DNA of 64,000 bases from Eledone cirrhosa. Lineage: Eukaryota. A program made the position numbers and the translations under genes. How positions within the stretch are numbered: position 1 is the stretch's first letter; each line of letters opens with the position of its first letter. Under the pieces are notes generated by a model. It searched no databases, was not told where the DNA came from, and saw only the letters and a list, made by a program, of their open reading frames with translations. This document shows positions 39,129 through 51,433 of the stretch, in pieces. The stretch covers positions 287,308,001 through 287,372,000 of the forward strand of contig OZ024741.1 in the NCBI GenBank assembly GCA_964016885.1. Reading direction: 5' to 3'.

Positions 39129-40876
39129 ATGGCCGAAGCTTCTTCACCAAAATTCGAAGGAGGAAAGGGGAAGATGAACTTACAGCTTCCCCCTGCCACT
39201 GTCACAGTAGCAGAGGTCAAGAAGAAAGGTCAGCCAGAGGAAGAATTCTCTCCACCTGTTAACCGACAACTTGACGTTGCCATGGCAACAACCCAAAGAA
39301 CCAGCAGCAACAGCAACAACAACAACAATGCGACGGACGAAAACAACACCAATAACAATAACAACAACAACAAGACGAATAACGGTGACAACAACAACGA
39401 TAACAACAACACCACCAACGACAACAACAACACAAACAAACAAAATTTCTCCTTCGCCGAGACGACAAGGAAAACCCTCGACTATCTGCCAGTAGATATA
39501 ACAAAAGCGAAGAAGCTACTGGCGGATGCGAAAAAATATATAGTGTACGGGGAAAATGGTTCATTCACAATCCATTCCCCCCCCCCCCGGAACTAAAAAG
39601 CCAGAGACTCCTAAACACGGTCATGTTTAGGACAATCTCGAACAAAAGTAAAAAACCAGCTCAACCATCACAGAGCGAGATAGAGCTGGTTTTAAAAGAC
39701 GTCATGAAGGACATCACCTTCATTCAGAAGGATAGACTCTACGGGAGTCTATCCATTCTCATGAAGGACAGGGACACAGCAGTGAAACTGTCCATCAAAC
39801 CAATCACATCCACCGCATACACCTTCTACCCTACGTACATGGGTAGAAGAACACAAAAAATAAAAATCCACACCATCCTGCCGATTATGGACATATGGTG
39901 GGTTTTGACAGGTTTTCTGGACCTGGAGGATGACATGCTGGTGTCCATGGGAAAGGCATCGGGTGACGCGTTCAGTGGAACGAGCCTCGAACTTGTAGTT
40001 CAAATGAGGCCCGAAAGGATCGCCCAGATCCCTGAACGCGTCATACTGGATGATCTAACCTTCATCAACATTACCGTTGAGGGTAGACGGCCCTCGTGTT
40101 ACCTCTGCGGAACCAGAGGTCACCTGAGGGCTGTCTGTCCCCAACTTAATAAGAAAACCCCAATCCTGCCAACACCAGCAACAACTGCACAACCAACACA
40201 ATCACCACAACTACCACTACAAAAACAACCACCACAGCTCAAACCAAAACAAAACAATGTCCAACCCATCCCCTCCACTCAAAAAACAAAAACAATTTCC
40301 AAAACACCCGTACCGCAAACACAACCCGAAAATATACCCCTCCCCTCCAACGCGGAAGATGACCCTAGTTCGTCGTCAGACGAGGAGGAGCACTTCCACA
40401 CAATCAAAAGAAAAAAAAGAAAACACACCTCAGACACACAAATGAAAAAAAACCCTCCCCAAAACATAACACTGACATCAACACAAAAGAGCTCACAACA
40501 ACAGCAAACAAAAAACACCACACAAAAACAAAAACATGCATACACATACATAAACACAAGAAACAAAAAACTGTTAAACATTGTGTACAACAACAATCTA
40601 ATAAAACCACAAGGGCCTAACTTCACCCAGGTAGGGGATTTCCCCCACCTCAAAATGATTAAGGCCCCACAGGACACCTATAAAACTTTAAAAAACAATT
40701 TTAAAGAGGACGTGGGTCCCCCCTGCGTCGGGCCCATTAACCGCGTCCTCCTAAAAAACTATCCCACTCCCTCCCCAAACACCCACACAACTCCAAGCTC
40801 CCCAACTACACAACACACTGATGCCCCACACTTCCACAAACCACCACCCCACCCAACAACCCATCCCCCACCCTAA
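39129..40876 (+). CDS. LINE ORF1 nucleic-acid-binding protein, split by a frameshift at the C-run near 39577-39588
   Basis: CYLCGTRGHLRAVC knuckle. Both halves align to the single ORF at 44917-46221 (FAET..K; FRT.SN; F.PTYMG.RTQKIKI; QMRPERI..IPE; NITVEGR). Confidence 0.85.
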
Positions 40877-40917
40877 TGGAAATTGTGCAGCCCGATACCC
40901 GGGACGCAGAGAGGTAA

Positions 40918-43900
40918 GTGCCTTTTCTCTTCACCACCAACATGGCTATGCTAAGAGTAGGCTGTTTAAATGCGCGTGGCCTGGGCTCAACTTGGAAGCA
41001 AGCAATGCTTCTAAATGACCTCAGGTCACAACGTATAGATGTGATGGTTATTTGCGAGGCCCGGATCAGCAACGTGCGACAGCTGGCCCCCACCTTTGAT
41101 GACTTTGAGATGCACGCATCTCTCTGTCAGCCCGGATGTGGGGGTGGAGTTGTCGTTCTGCTGCAAAAACATCTGGGTCTCGCATCACAGATGGTACATT
41201 TGGACCCGGAGGGTCGACTAGTGGTTCTGGACCTTGGCAGTGGTAAAGGCGGAGCGTTTAGGTTGGTAGCCGCCTACGGCCCTTTCGGGTCAATGCGGCC
41301 GGACTTCTTCCATCGTCTGGAGACTTTTCTAGGGACGTCCCGCTCCTTGCTATTAGTGGGGGACTGGAATGGTATCCTAGATGCACGCTGGGACTACGTA
41401 GGGGCCTGCCCCGATAGAGAGGGGTGTAATATCCTCAAAGGGTTAATCGGTCGATTTGACCTGGCCGATAGATATCGACTAGATTTTCCGACTGCGCCAA
41501 CCTGGACTTGGGCAAATCGTAGCGGATCATCTAGGTCGTACCTAGATAGGTTCTTAGTTAGAATTAAGGATAAGGACTTTTTAAGTTGTCCAAAAATGCG
41601 CATGGTTGGCTATTCAGACCACAAATTAGTGACCTGCATGGTCAACCTTGACAGAACTCATAGACAGGGCCCCGGTTACTGGAAGCTCAACTTGTCCTTG
41701 CCGGCAAGTAGAGCCTACAGGAATCGGATTAGTACGTTAGTTAAGGAACGGTTGACTGGAGCGATCGTCAACAGCATGTGGTGGGTATCTCTAAAGAGAG
41801 AGATTAGAGTAGTCTCGATAGAATTTAGTAAGGTTCTAGCTGCGGATAGGAATAGGAAGGAAAGGGAGCTAATAGATAGAGTAGAAGAGGCAATTAGAAG
41901 CGGCGACGTGGCCAGAGTGCTAGCGTCGAGAACGGCTTTGAGCCAGTTTTTCGACGCGAAGCACGAAGGCTGCGTTGTCCGAAGTAAAATACGTGCTCTA
42001 GGGAACGAGGGGACCAAAGCTGTTAGCTGGGCCCGCGTGACAGAGGCCAACAGTGGAACTAAATCCACCATCCGGTCTTTGCGAGACCTGGATGGACGGG
42101 CGATTCTTGAGCCTAAGCAGATGTGTGAGGCCTTTCAAAGGCACTTTGCCCGACTGTTCGGGAGGGGCGGGGAGCCGGTTGGGAACGTGGACTTCGGTCC
42201 ATACCTCGACGGCCTGCCGCGCCTCTCGGACAGGGAGGCTAAGTCCTGCGAGAAGCCGATTTCGGCCGCTGAGATAGAGGACGTGCTGAGCCAATGCGGC
42301 AAACGCAAATCCCCGGGTCTCGATGGTCTTCCTTACGAATTATATCTAGCTATGCCGGACTTGTTCCCCGATCTCCTCGAGGCGGTCTACTGCAACTGGC
42401 AACAGAACGGGAGAATTCCCTGTACTGTGACCAAGGGCGTATTCACGCTAGTGAGGAAGGACGAGAACAAGGGGGACGAAATAAGTTACTTCAGGCCCAT
42501 AACTCTGCTAAATACAGAGTTACAGATTTTGGCCAAGGTGCTAGCAAAGAGGTTGGCGCTTGTCGTGGGCAACCTGGTGGGAGATGCGCAGACATGCGCT
42601 ATCCCGTCCAGGTCCATCCATGACAACCTCCACCTCATGCGATACATCATAGAGAGGGTTGGGAACGAACCCGGCTTTGGTGGGGCTCTGATCAACTTGG
42701 ATCAATCTAAGGCGTTCGATACGGTCGACCATGGTTACCTGGATGCGGTGCTAGCGGCGGCAGGCTTCGGACCCGTTTTCAGGGGCTGGATCACTGCTAT
42801 GCACAGCAGCCGCATCTGCTCTAGGGTCAAGGTGAACGGCTACCTCTCGGAGCCGTTCAAAATCGCGCGGTCCATCCGACAAGGGTGCCCTCTCTCCTCC
42901 CTTCTGTATGTGTTGACTCTCGAGCCACTACTGCGGAAGTTGGAGTTGTTGCAGGGCATCCCTTTGGAACCGGGATTGCGGAAAGCGGTGTCGGCCTACG
43001 CCGATGACGTGACAGTAATGGTGTCGACGGCCTCCGAAATCGAGGCGGTCGGCACCTTACTGGAGGAGTACGAAAAGTTCACAGGGGCTAAGCTGAACCG
43101 GGACAAGTCGATCGGTTTGCAACTCGGCACGTGGAGGGGCAGACCGATGCCCTCCGATGGCGTCGTCGGACGCTGGACGGAGGGCCCGGTGAAGTTGCTC
43201 GGGGTCTGGTTCGGACCGGACCTCCAGGTGGAGAAAAACTGGGCGGAGGTTACGAACAGGGTGTTTGCACTGACCCAGACGTGGGCCAGTTGCAAACTAT
43301 CCCTGAAAGGTCGGGCGGAGGTGGCGAACACCTACATAGCGTCCGTCATCTACTACCGCCTGACCGTAGTGCCCTGCCCAAGGGAAACCCTCACCAAGAT
43401 GGAGCGCGCGCTCTTCCAATTCCTTTGGAAGAGGCGGGCGCCTATGGTGAGGAGATCCATCTGCTGTCAACACCCTTCGAAAGGAGGGCTGGGGATGCCG
43501 TGGCTAATGATGCGTAAACACGCATTAAGGCTACGGCACCTCTACGTATTCCTCACCGGACAACCGGTGTGGGCCTCGTTTGTGAGACGAACCTTTCCCA
43601 GACTCGTCTCACTCACCGAGCTGCAATCCTGGGTCAAGCAAAGACCGAGAAAACTGGGCGCCTGGCACACTGAGTGTGCCCAGGCGCTCACCGCCCTCCG
43701 GCAGGCGGATCCAGTTATCAGTGGAGACTCTACCGCAACATTCTATAGAGGGCTGGTACGCAGCAGGTGCGACGACGCCCTCGGAGAAGCCCTAGACATG
43801 GAGGAGGACGAACTGGCCAGCCTGTTCGGTAGGACATTCAGCCCGGGACCTATGGACAACTTCCAGAAGTCCCTAGCCTGGCAGTGCTACCGAGGGGCTT

Positions 43901-44379
43901 TACCCGTTCGAGAAAGGCTCTACAGACACGGGCGCCCGGGTAGGGACCCCGCCAAAAAGATCTGTCCCAGATGCGTGTGCGACGAGGAAACCGTTGCACA
44001 CGCATTGGTACACTGCTCGGGCGTAGCCGATCTGTGGGGCTATGTCGAACAACTGCTGTCAAGGGTGGGACCGATCCGGTTGACCACCGAGTCTATTGTA
44101 ATGATCAAGCCGCCTCCCCCCTTCAAAGATGAAGCAGAGGCGGTGTTTCTGTGCGTAATAGCCATGGCGAAAGAGGTTGTATGGTGGACGCGTCTGAAAG
44201 GACTGAGGTCAGGCACCTTTCTCTCTGGCCAACAACTGGTCCGTTTCTTCCGATATCATTTCGGAAGAAGGATCAGGATGGAGAGAGAGGTGCTGCACCC
44301 CAGCCGTTTATATGAAAGATGGGTGAAAGTGGCGAGAATGGCCCGTGTGAATGGGCCTTCACTCTACATCAGACTATAG
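40918..44379 (+). CDS. LINE ORF2: APE endonuclease + reverse transcriptase + C-terminal Zn finger (first ATG at 40942)
   Basis: LNARGL, GDWN, SYLDR, SDH, GPGYWKLN, KSPGLDG, FRPITLLN, DQSKAFD, IRQGCPLS, YADD, GGLG, CPRC..ETVAHALVHC. 1153 aa uninterrupted. Confidence 0.96.
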   Translation: MPFLFTTNMAMLRVGCLNARGLGSTWKQAMLLNDLRSQRIDVMVICEARISNVRQLAPTFDDFEMHASLCQPGCGGGVVVLLQKHLGLASQMVHLDPEGRLVVLDLGSGKGGAFRLVAAYGPFGSMRPDFFHRLETFLGTSRSLLLVGDWNGILDARWDYVGACPDREGCNILKGLIGRFDLADRYRLDFPTAPTWTWANRSGSSRSYLDRFLVRIKDKDFLSCPKMRMVGYSDHKLVTCMVNLDRTHRQGPGYWKLNLSLPASRAYRNRISTLVKERLTGAIVNSMWWVSLKREIRVVSIEFSKVLAADRNRKERELIDRVEEAIRSGDVARVLASRTALSQFFDAKHEGCVVRSKIRALGNEGTKAVSWARVTEANSGTKSTIRSLRDLDGRAILEPKQMCEAFQRHFARLFGRGGEPVGNVDFGPYLDGLPRLSDREAKSCEKPISAAEIEDVLSQCGKRKSPGLDGLPYELYLAMPDLFPDLLEAVYCNWQQNGRIPCTVTKGVFTLVRKDENKGDEISYFRPITLLNTELQILAKVLAKRLALVVGNLVGDAQTCAIPSRSIHDNLHLMRYIIERVGNEPGFGGALINLDQSKAFDTVDHGYLDAVLAAAGFGPVFRGWITAMHSSRICSRVKVNGYLSEPFKIARSIRQGCPLSSLLYVLTLEPLLRKLELLQGIPLEPGLRKAVSAYADDVTVMVSTASEIEAVGTLLEEYEKFTGAKLNRDKSIGLQLGTWRGRPMPSDGVVGRWTEGPVKLLGVWFGPDLQVEKNWAEVTNRVFALTQTWASCKLSLKGRAEVANTYIASVIYYRLTVVPCPRETLTKMERALFQFLWKRRAPMVRRSICCQHPSKGGLGMPWLMMRKHALRLRHLYVFLTGQPVWASFVRRTFPRLVSLTELQSWVKQRPRKLGAWHTECAQALTALRQADPVISGDSTATFYRGLVRSRCDDALGEALDMEEDELASLFGRTFSPGPMDNFQKSLAWQCYRGALPVRERLYRHGRPGRDPAKKICPRCVCDEETVAHALVHCSGVADLWGYVEQLLSRVGPIRLTTESIVMIKPPPPFKDEAEAVFLCVIAMAKEVVWWTRLKGLRSGTFLSGQQLVRFFRYHFGRRIRMEREVLHPSRLYERWVKVARMARVNGPSLYIRL

Positions 44380-44643
44380 GTGAGGAAGATGAAAGACCAA
44401 GGGAGCACCCCTTCTCTGTGCTCCTGAGGAGAAGGGTTGCACACTTTTTTCGGGGGTGTGTGCGACCCCCCAAGGCGCCTCCTCTCTATTGAGGATTTTG
44501 TTATAAATTTTATTTTTTGTTATATCTTATTTTATTTTTATATTTTGTTATTGCCTCCTCCTTATTGAGGACGCCTTTTTGTGTAAACTCCCCCCTTTGT
44601 ACTTGTCCCACTTTTGATGCCCTAGTGGCAAATAAAAGAAACA

Positions 44644-44698
<55 letters not shown>

Positions 44699-44916
44699 GT
44701 CTTTATCTACCTGGCGCGTGAAAGATCGCCGGTAAGCTTTTTTCTTAATTTCTGTGCAAAAAAAACGAACTAATTGTTTGAAAAAACATATCATTTTGTA
44801 GATTAACTCCCAAGCTGAATTGTCAGCTGGGTGGTAATCCAATTTTTCGCCCCTTTAGGGGCGAAAATTTAATTTAGAAATTGTTTTAAAATATCAAATT
44901 TTGCCAACTATGAAAA

Positions 44917-46221
44917 ATGAATAGCCTGGAAAGAACGCTAGAGAACTTCGAGAGAGAGAAGAGAGGTAGAGAGGCAGATATTAACGTTATATCTGCTTCT
45001 GCTACTATGGACGTCGCCATAGATACGACTGTCACAAAGAGAAAAAAATATTACCACTTGAAGATTTTAAAATTTCTACCGTCTAAGCGGAGAAAAATAA
45101 CAATAACACACAGGCAAACACAGGAATTAAACCTATTAACATACATACACATGAAAAAGACAACATCAACAACTCCACAGATACATCTACACATAAAGTT
45201 TCACCCCGTCAAACTTGAGATTTCCAACACCGAGGCTAACAACGATAGCAACAACAACAACACCACACAAAAAAAAATGCCTTTCGCTGAAACAGTGAAC
45301 AAAAAACAAGATTTTATAAATCTTGACATCTCCAATGCAAGAGATATGCTCCAGCAAGGGAGAAAATTTGTAACTTTCGAAGACAAGGGTGGGTTTAGAA
45401 TTAACTCACCTCTCGAAATAAAAGGAGAGACAGTTCGAAGGACAGTGACCTTTAGGACTGTCTCCAACACAACGAGGAAGCCGATATTTGTTAGTCAAGA
45501 AGATATAGAAACCACCTTCAAGGAGACTCTAGCAAATATTGACTTTCTCCAACGAGGAAAACAATACGGAAGTCTTTCCGTACTGTTTAAAAGCGAGGCG
45601 CTCGCCCCAAAACATTCTGTGTCACCAATGGTGTCAAAAGCATTCACCTTTTTCCCTACGTACATGGGAAAAAGGACACAAAAAATAAAAATAAAAAATA
45701 TACCACCAAACATTAACATCTGGTGGATCTTGACTGGCTTCGTAGCGCCAGAGACTGATATGATTCTTTCGATACCAATGTCTATTAGACAAAGGAGGGC
45801 GGGTACTGATTTGGAGATTCCGATTCAAATGAGGCCGGAGAGAATCTCCAAAATACCCGAAAAAGTCGTCATCGACGACAACAAGAATATAAACATTACG
45901 GTGGAGGGACGAAAACTTCATTGCTTTCGCTGCGGTAGCACATCACACCTAAAAGCCTTCTGTCCTTCACAAACACACCACAAAATCTTAAAAAAACACT
46001 ATTACCAACACCAAAACAACCACCACCACAAGTACAACAGACGAAACGAGCAAACACAACAAAACAAACAGCCACTCAACCAACAACAACAGAAAAAACA
46101 CAGACAACACCCTGAAGAACACAGCTCCACCCGATCCCACTTCATCAAACACTACCACAAATACACACACCGAAACACCACCACAACACAACATACTCCT
46201 ACCCCACACTCCTGGCGATGA
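44917..46221 (+). pseudogene. ORF1 homolog of the second Tx1-like copy
   Basis: CFRCGSTSHLKAFC knuckle. Probably frameshifted in the terminal low-complexity parts. Confidence 0.8.
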
Positions 46222-46274
46222 TTATTCATCGACAGATGAGGCTGTTTCGCCTTCTATCAGTGAAGAAGAAGACA

Positions 46275-47157
46275 GGGTTAAAGATTTTAGCCAAGGTGCT
46301 AACGACGAGGTTAGGCGCTTGTCGTCGAGAACCTGGTAGGGAAAGCGCAAACGTGTTCAATCCCGACCAGGTCCATACACGACAACCTCCACCTCATGCG
46401 ATACATCATAGAGAGGGTGGGTAGTAAACCCGGCTTCGGTGGGGCTCTGATCAATTTGGATCAGTCTAAGGCATTCGATAGGGTCGACCATCAATACTTG
46501 GAAGCGGTTCTCAAGGCGGCCGGTTTCGGTCCCGTTTTCAGAGGCTGGATCGAGGCGATGCACACCAGCATCTGCTCGAGGGTCAAGGTGAACGGCTACC
46601 TATCGGAGCCGTTCGCAATCACACGTTCCATTCGACATGGGTGCCCTCTCTCCTCCATTCTGTATGTATTGACTCTAGAGCCACTACTGCGGAAATTGGA
46701 GCTGTTGCAGGGCATCCCTCTAGAACCGGGAGTGCGCAAAGCGGCGTCGGCTTATGCCGACGACGAGACTGTAATGGTGTCGAGCACCTTGGAAATCGGG
46801 GTGATCGGCAACTTACTGAAAGAATACGAAACGCTGACGGGAACAAAACTAAACCCGCACAAGTCTGTTGGTTTGCAGCCGAATCCATAGTAAGGATCAA
46901 ACCGCCAGCCTCTTTCAAAAGCGAAAGAGAGGCGGTTTTCCTCTGTACAATGGCTATGGTGAAAGAAGTTATATGGTGGACGAGATTGAGAGGACTGAGG
47001 ACAGATGCCTTTCACTTCGGACAACAATTGATTCCCTTCTTTAAGTATCACTTTAGTGGAGAGAGAGGCACTGCACCCCAGTAAATTTACTGAAAGGTGG
47101 GTGAATGAAGCGAAAATAGCCCTAGTGATTGGGCCTTCTCTGTTTTTAAGCCTGTAG
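46275..47157 (+). pseudogene. Deleted ORF2 remnant (RT core and C-terminus)
   Basis: DQSKAFDRVDH, IRHGCPLS, YADD, then IKPP.SFKSEREAVFLC..AM.KEV.WWTRL. Confidence 0.9.
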
Positions 47158-47415
47158 GTTAAAGAAGAGAGCAAAAGGAAGAAAAGAGCACTTGCACAAC
47201 ATGCTCCTTAAGTTGAGGGTTGTTCTATCGATGGGGTATTAAACAACCCATTTGTGGCGCTTCCCTCCTATTGGGGATTTCGATTGTTGTAATTGTTTGT
47301 TTTATATTTTTTACACGACTGTATGTAAAATCCCCGGCATGTGTCTTTGTATAGTCCCCTTTTCTTGTGCGCCCTTGTGGCAAATAAAGAAATATATCTA
47401 TCAATGTATCTATCA

Positions 47416-47454
<39 letters not shown>

Positions 47455-47889
47455 ATTCTGTCTGTCTATCTATCTATCCATTATTCTATCTATCACCTAT
47501 TCTATCTATCCATCGTTCTACCTAACTATTATTATCGATGCTAAAGCAGAGTCTATGTATTAAGAATAACATGTCGAAGTTTCACAGAAATATTTTCATT
47601 GATTAAGACAAGTTACGCACATTTCACAGATGCTTGGCTCAAGATCCATATTGGGGTATAGACCCGATTCCACCATCAATCTACTCATCAGACTTATTAA
47701 TCAGTAAAAACCAAAATTTCGTCCGACAAAACAAGACTGATGAACAGATTGATGTTAGAGTCGGGTCTATAACACGAATATGCACCTTGAGACAATCGTA
47801 TGAGAAACGTTCGTAAATAATCTTAATCAATAAAAACATTCATGTGAAACTTCGTAATGTTATTCTTAATCTCTTTCTCTCTCTCTCTC

Positions 47890-47929
<40 letters not shown>

Positions 47930-47931
<2 letters not shown>

Positions 47932-48100
47932 CAATTCCACCCCACCCGTCCCTTCAATCTATCTTATTTCTCATTCTTTCTTCTGATGAAGGTCTAGCGT
48001 CCGAAACATTAAGACCCCCTTCCTGCTATTTCAAGCGTTAACCTAATATATTCCTTCCATATACTGTACCGAGAGTGTTGGTATTTCTGTTTACCTTTTA
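47930..48100 (+). mobile_element. Family F element with minimal hammerhead (47979-48014)
   Basis: tctt-CTGATGA-aggtctagcgtcc-GAAAC ATT-aaga. Confidence 0.7.
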
Positions 48101-48105
48101 CATAC

Positions 48106-48150
<45 letters not shown>

Positions 48151-48245
48151 TATAGATAAATGTCTGTGCGCGTGTGTGTGTGTATGTGTTTGTGTTTGTG
48201 TTTATGTGTGTGTGATTATATATATATATAGAGAGAGAGAAATGC

Positions 48246-48301
<56 letters not shown>

Positions 48302-48458
48302 ATATATTATATATATATGTGTTGACAAATAGAAACTGACATATACACAGATTAGAGGGAAGGGGATGATGGTGAGAGAGAAAGGAAGGGAAATAAAAGT
48401 ATGGATGAAGTCAAGTTTGTTTCCACCGATCTGTAATTGAAGATGAATGAACGTCTAG

Positions 48459-49021
<563 letters not shown>

Positions 49022-49319
49022 ACACACACACACACACACACGCACGCACACACACACACGCACACACACACATATATATATATATAATTGCACACACTGG
49101 CATACTGACATAGATAGATGCACAATGAGACACATACACGCACAAGAGGCACACAAATACAAAATCATTGATATATATATGTGCGCGTGTATATGTATCT
49201 ATACATATATGTATGTATCTGCGAAAAAAAAATATATATATATACGTTTCTCTACATACATAATATATATATGCATACATATATACGTGTGTGTGTGTAT
49301 TAATATATATATATATATA

Positions 49320-49700
49320 ATTCAAGAAAGAAGAGTGACATGGTTCGCTATACAATAAGGGCTTTATTCACATTGCTGACAATTGTTTCTTTGATCTGGT
49401 AGGTCTAGAGTTCGCTACCCGCCTGATTTTGCGTCAATCGATCTCCAATACTTTGTTTATAGCCAGTCGTTTTGATCAGAGCACGCGAAAGTGAAGAAGA
49501 TACACAAGGCATGGCTTTTATATAGGTGTGGTATTAAACCAGAACAATAATATCAATAATAAAATAAAATAACTAGATAATGAATAGTTAAAATAATAAC
49601 ATCGATATAAGTAAGGAATAAAGTAATGATGAGGAATAAAGTAATGATGAATCTAGCATGTTAAACGAACTAATATGATACAGATGTATGAGATTGACAT
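49320..49700 (-). mobile_element. Family C repeat with hammerhead variant at 49374-49483 (core CTGATCA)
   Basis: Reverse-complement homolog of 12580-12945. Confidence 0.75.
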
Positions 49701-49772
49701 GTGAAAACTGCTAGAGAGAGTGAGAGAGAGAGAGGGGGAGATAAATAGAGATAGGGAGAGAGAGAAATAGAG

Positions 49773-49813
<41 letters not shown>

Positions 49814-50119
49814 GAGATAGAGAGAGAGAGGGGGGAGAGATTTAGAGAGAAAGATAGGTAGTTAGATAGATAACTTTCTTTTTATTTATAGATAGATATA
49901 TAAACACATGCATGCACATACAGAAAAAAACTTACACACACACACGTACTCGCATACATACATACATACATACATACATACATACATACATACATACATA
50001 CATAAATACATACATACATACATACATACATACATACATACATACATTACATGATGATGGCTGCCCCCTCGTTATCGAGTATGGCCATTGCACGATATTC
50101 CATTATTAATAATTATTAA

Positions 50120-50305
50120 TTTGGATTGGCAGTATCGGTAGAGAGTCGGACACCATGCTTTCCAGCATAGTTACGTCCCTTTACGGTCTGAGTTCAAATC
50201 CTGCCGAGGTTTACTTTGCCTTTCATCCTTACGGGGTCGATAAAATAAAGTACCAGTAATACACTGGGTAATTGCTGGCCTTGTGCCTAAAGTAGAAACA
50301 ATTAA
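50120..50305 (+). mobile_element. tRNA-derived SINE, well conserved
   Basis: A-box-like head, GAGTTCAAATCC, core and tail. Confidence 0.9.
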
Positions 50306-50654
50306 TTAATTCTATCGTGCAATGTCTGTGCGTGAAGCTATTTTTTAAAGTGAGGAAAGACTGTGCACTGATCCAAACCAACTCTCTGAGTGACAGTTGC
50401 TATAATCCGAAAAGAAGAAAAGATCAACATTGTCGGTAACTACTGAGCCGGAGGTTTTATGTCGGAGTTATCCCAGTTTCCTGAGTTGCTTTCTTCTAGA
50501 AGAATGCCCTGACAAAGGCTAGAAGTCCTTCACTCGCAGTGGTTTAACCGTGCGATCGGGTTTCCAGCCCGACTATTTCTATGTCCCGGCACATATGTAT
50601 GCACGTGCACAAATGCATATATATATATATATATACATATACATACATACCTAC

Positions 50655-51308
50655 TCATTTTTGGATGGTCGTTGACTCTTATGAGTTCTTCCGCCCTTTG
50701 TCAGGTTTTGTTTTTTGTCCTGTAGGCTGTCCAAAATCACCCTCCTCATCCAGGTAAACTTCGTGGGATTGCTGGTTTAGTCGCCAACGACCCGACCATG
50801 CGACAGGTTGTACTGGATTACATGTGACAAGTAGTACTCAAGTGTGACATACATACATACGTACATACATACATACATACATACATACATACATACATGC
50901 ATGCATACATACATAGTGGCTGCCAACTCGTTTTCGAGTACGGCCACTACTTTTTATGCATGTAGGAGAACCCCTACCGCTGCGCTGAACGAGTGTGACT
51001 TTTTAGTCCAGCCAGCGACTTGAAAACGCTGGTACAAACACTACACTTGTGACAATTATTGACACATAGTGCTGGGCCCATGGTACCATGTGACGACAAG
51101 TGCAGAGAGATCTCCAGATATAAAGTAATGCCTGTGCCGTGAAGCTTTATAGTGAGCAAAGGCACTGCACGAAGCCAGTCCCACTCTCTTAACCAGGGAG
51201 AGATGACCCCTTAGCCTTCGTCAAGGCAGAATTCTAGGAGAAGGAAAACTCTGATATAACACCTGCAACCCTGATGGTATCCAATGATGTTGACTTGTTC
51301 TTCTTTTT
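50655..51308 (-). mobile_element. RTE-type fragments around (CATA)n
   Basis: Minus strand: C-terminal Zn-finger-like CSVCTSVFKSLAGLKSH with stop at 50974, a short 3'UTR hairpin, (ATGT)n, then a 5'UTR-like segment at 50655-50850. An opposite-orientation 5'UTR-like piece lies at about 51160-51308. Confidence 0.55.
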
Positions 51309-51433
51309 GGTAAATATCACATACATACATACATACATACATTCATACATACATACATACATACATACATACATACATACATACATACATACATACATAC
51401 ATACACACACACATACATACATACATACATACA

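Larger units (their letters stand above)
38911..44643 (+). mobile_element. Full-length Tx1/L1-clade LINE inserted in (TATC)n
   Basis: 5'UTR, ORF1 with zinc knuckle, open ORF2, and 3'UTR ending AATAAAAGAAAC. (TATC)n on both sides. Confidence 0.95.
44711..47392 (+). mobile_element. Second Tx1-like copy (diverged subfamily) with two large internal deletions
   Basis: ORF1 44917-46221. Jumps into mid-RT at about 46270 (equivalent to about 42513) and from about 46878 to the ORF2 tail (about 44087). (TATC)n flanks. Confidence 0.92.

Noticed and set aside
41394-44062. Antisense and alternate-frame ORFs inside LINE ORF2, and similarly within the CRE element
   Set aside because: Shadow ORFs expected in GC-rich coding sequence; no motifs.
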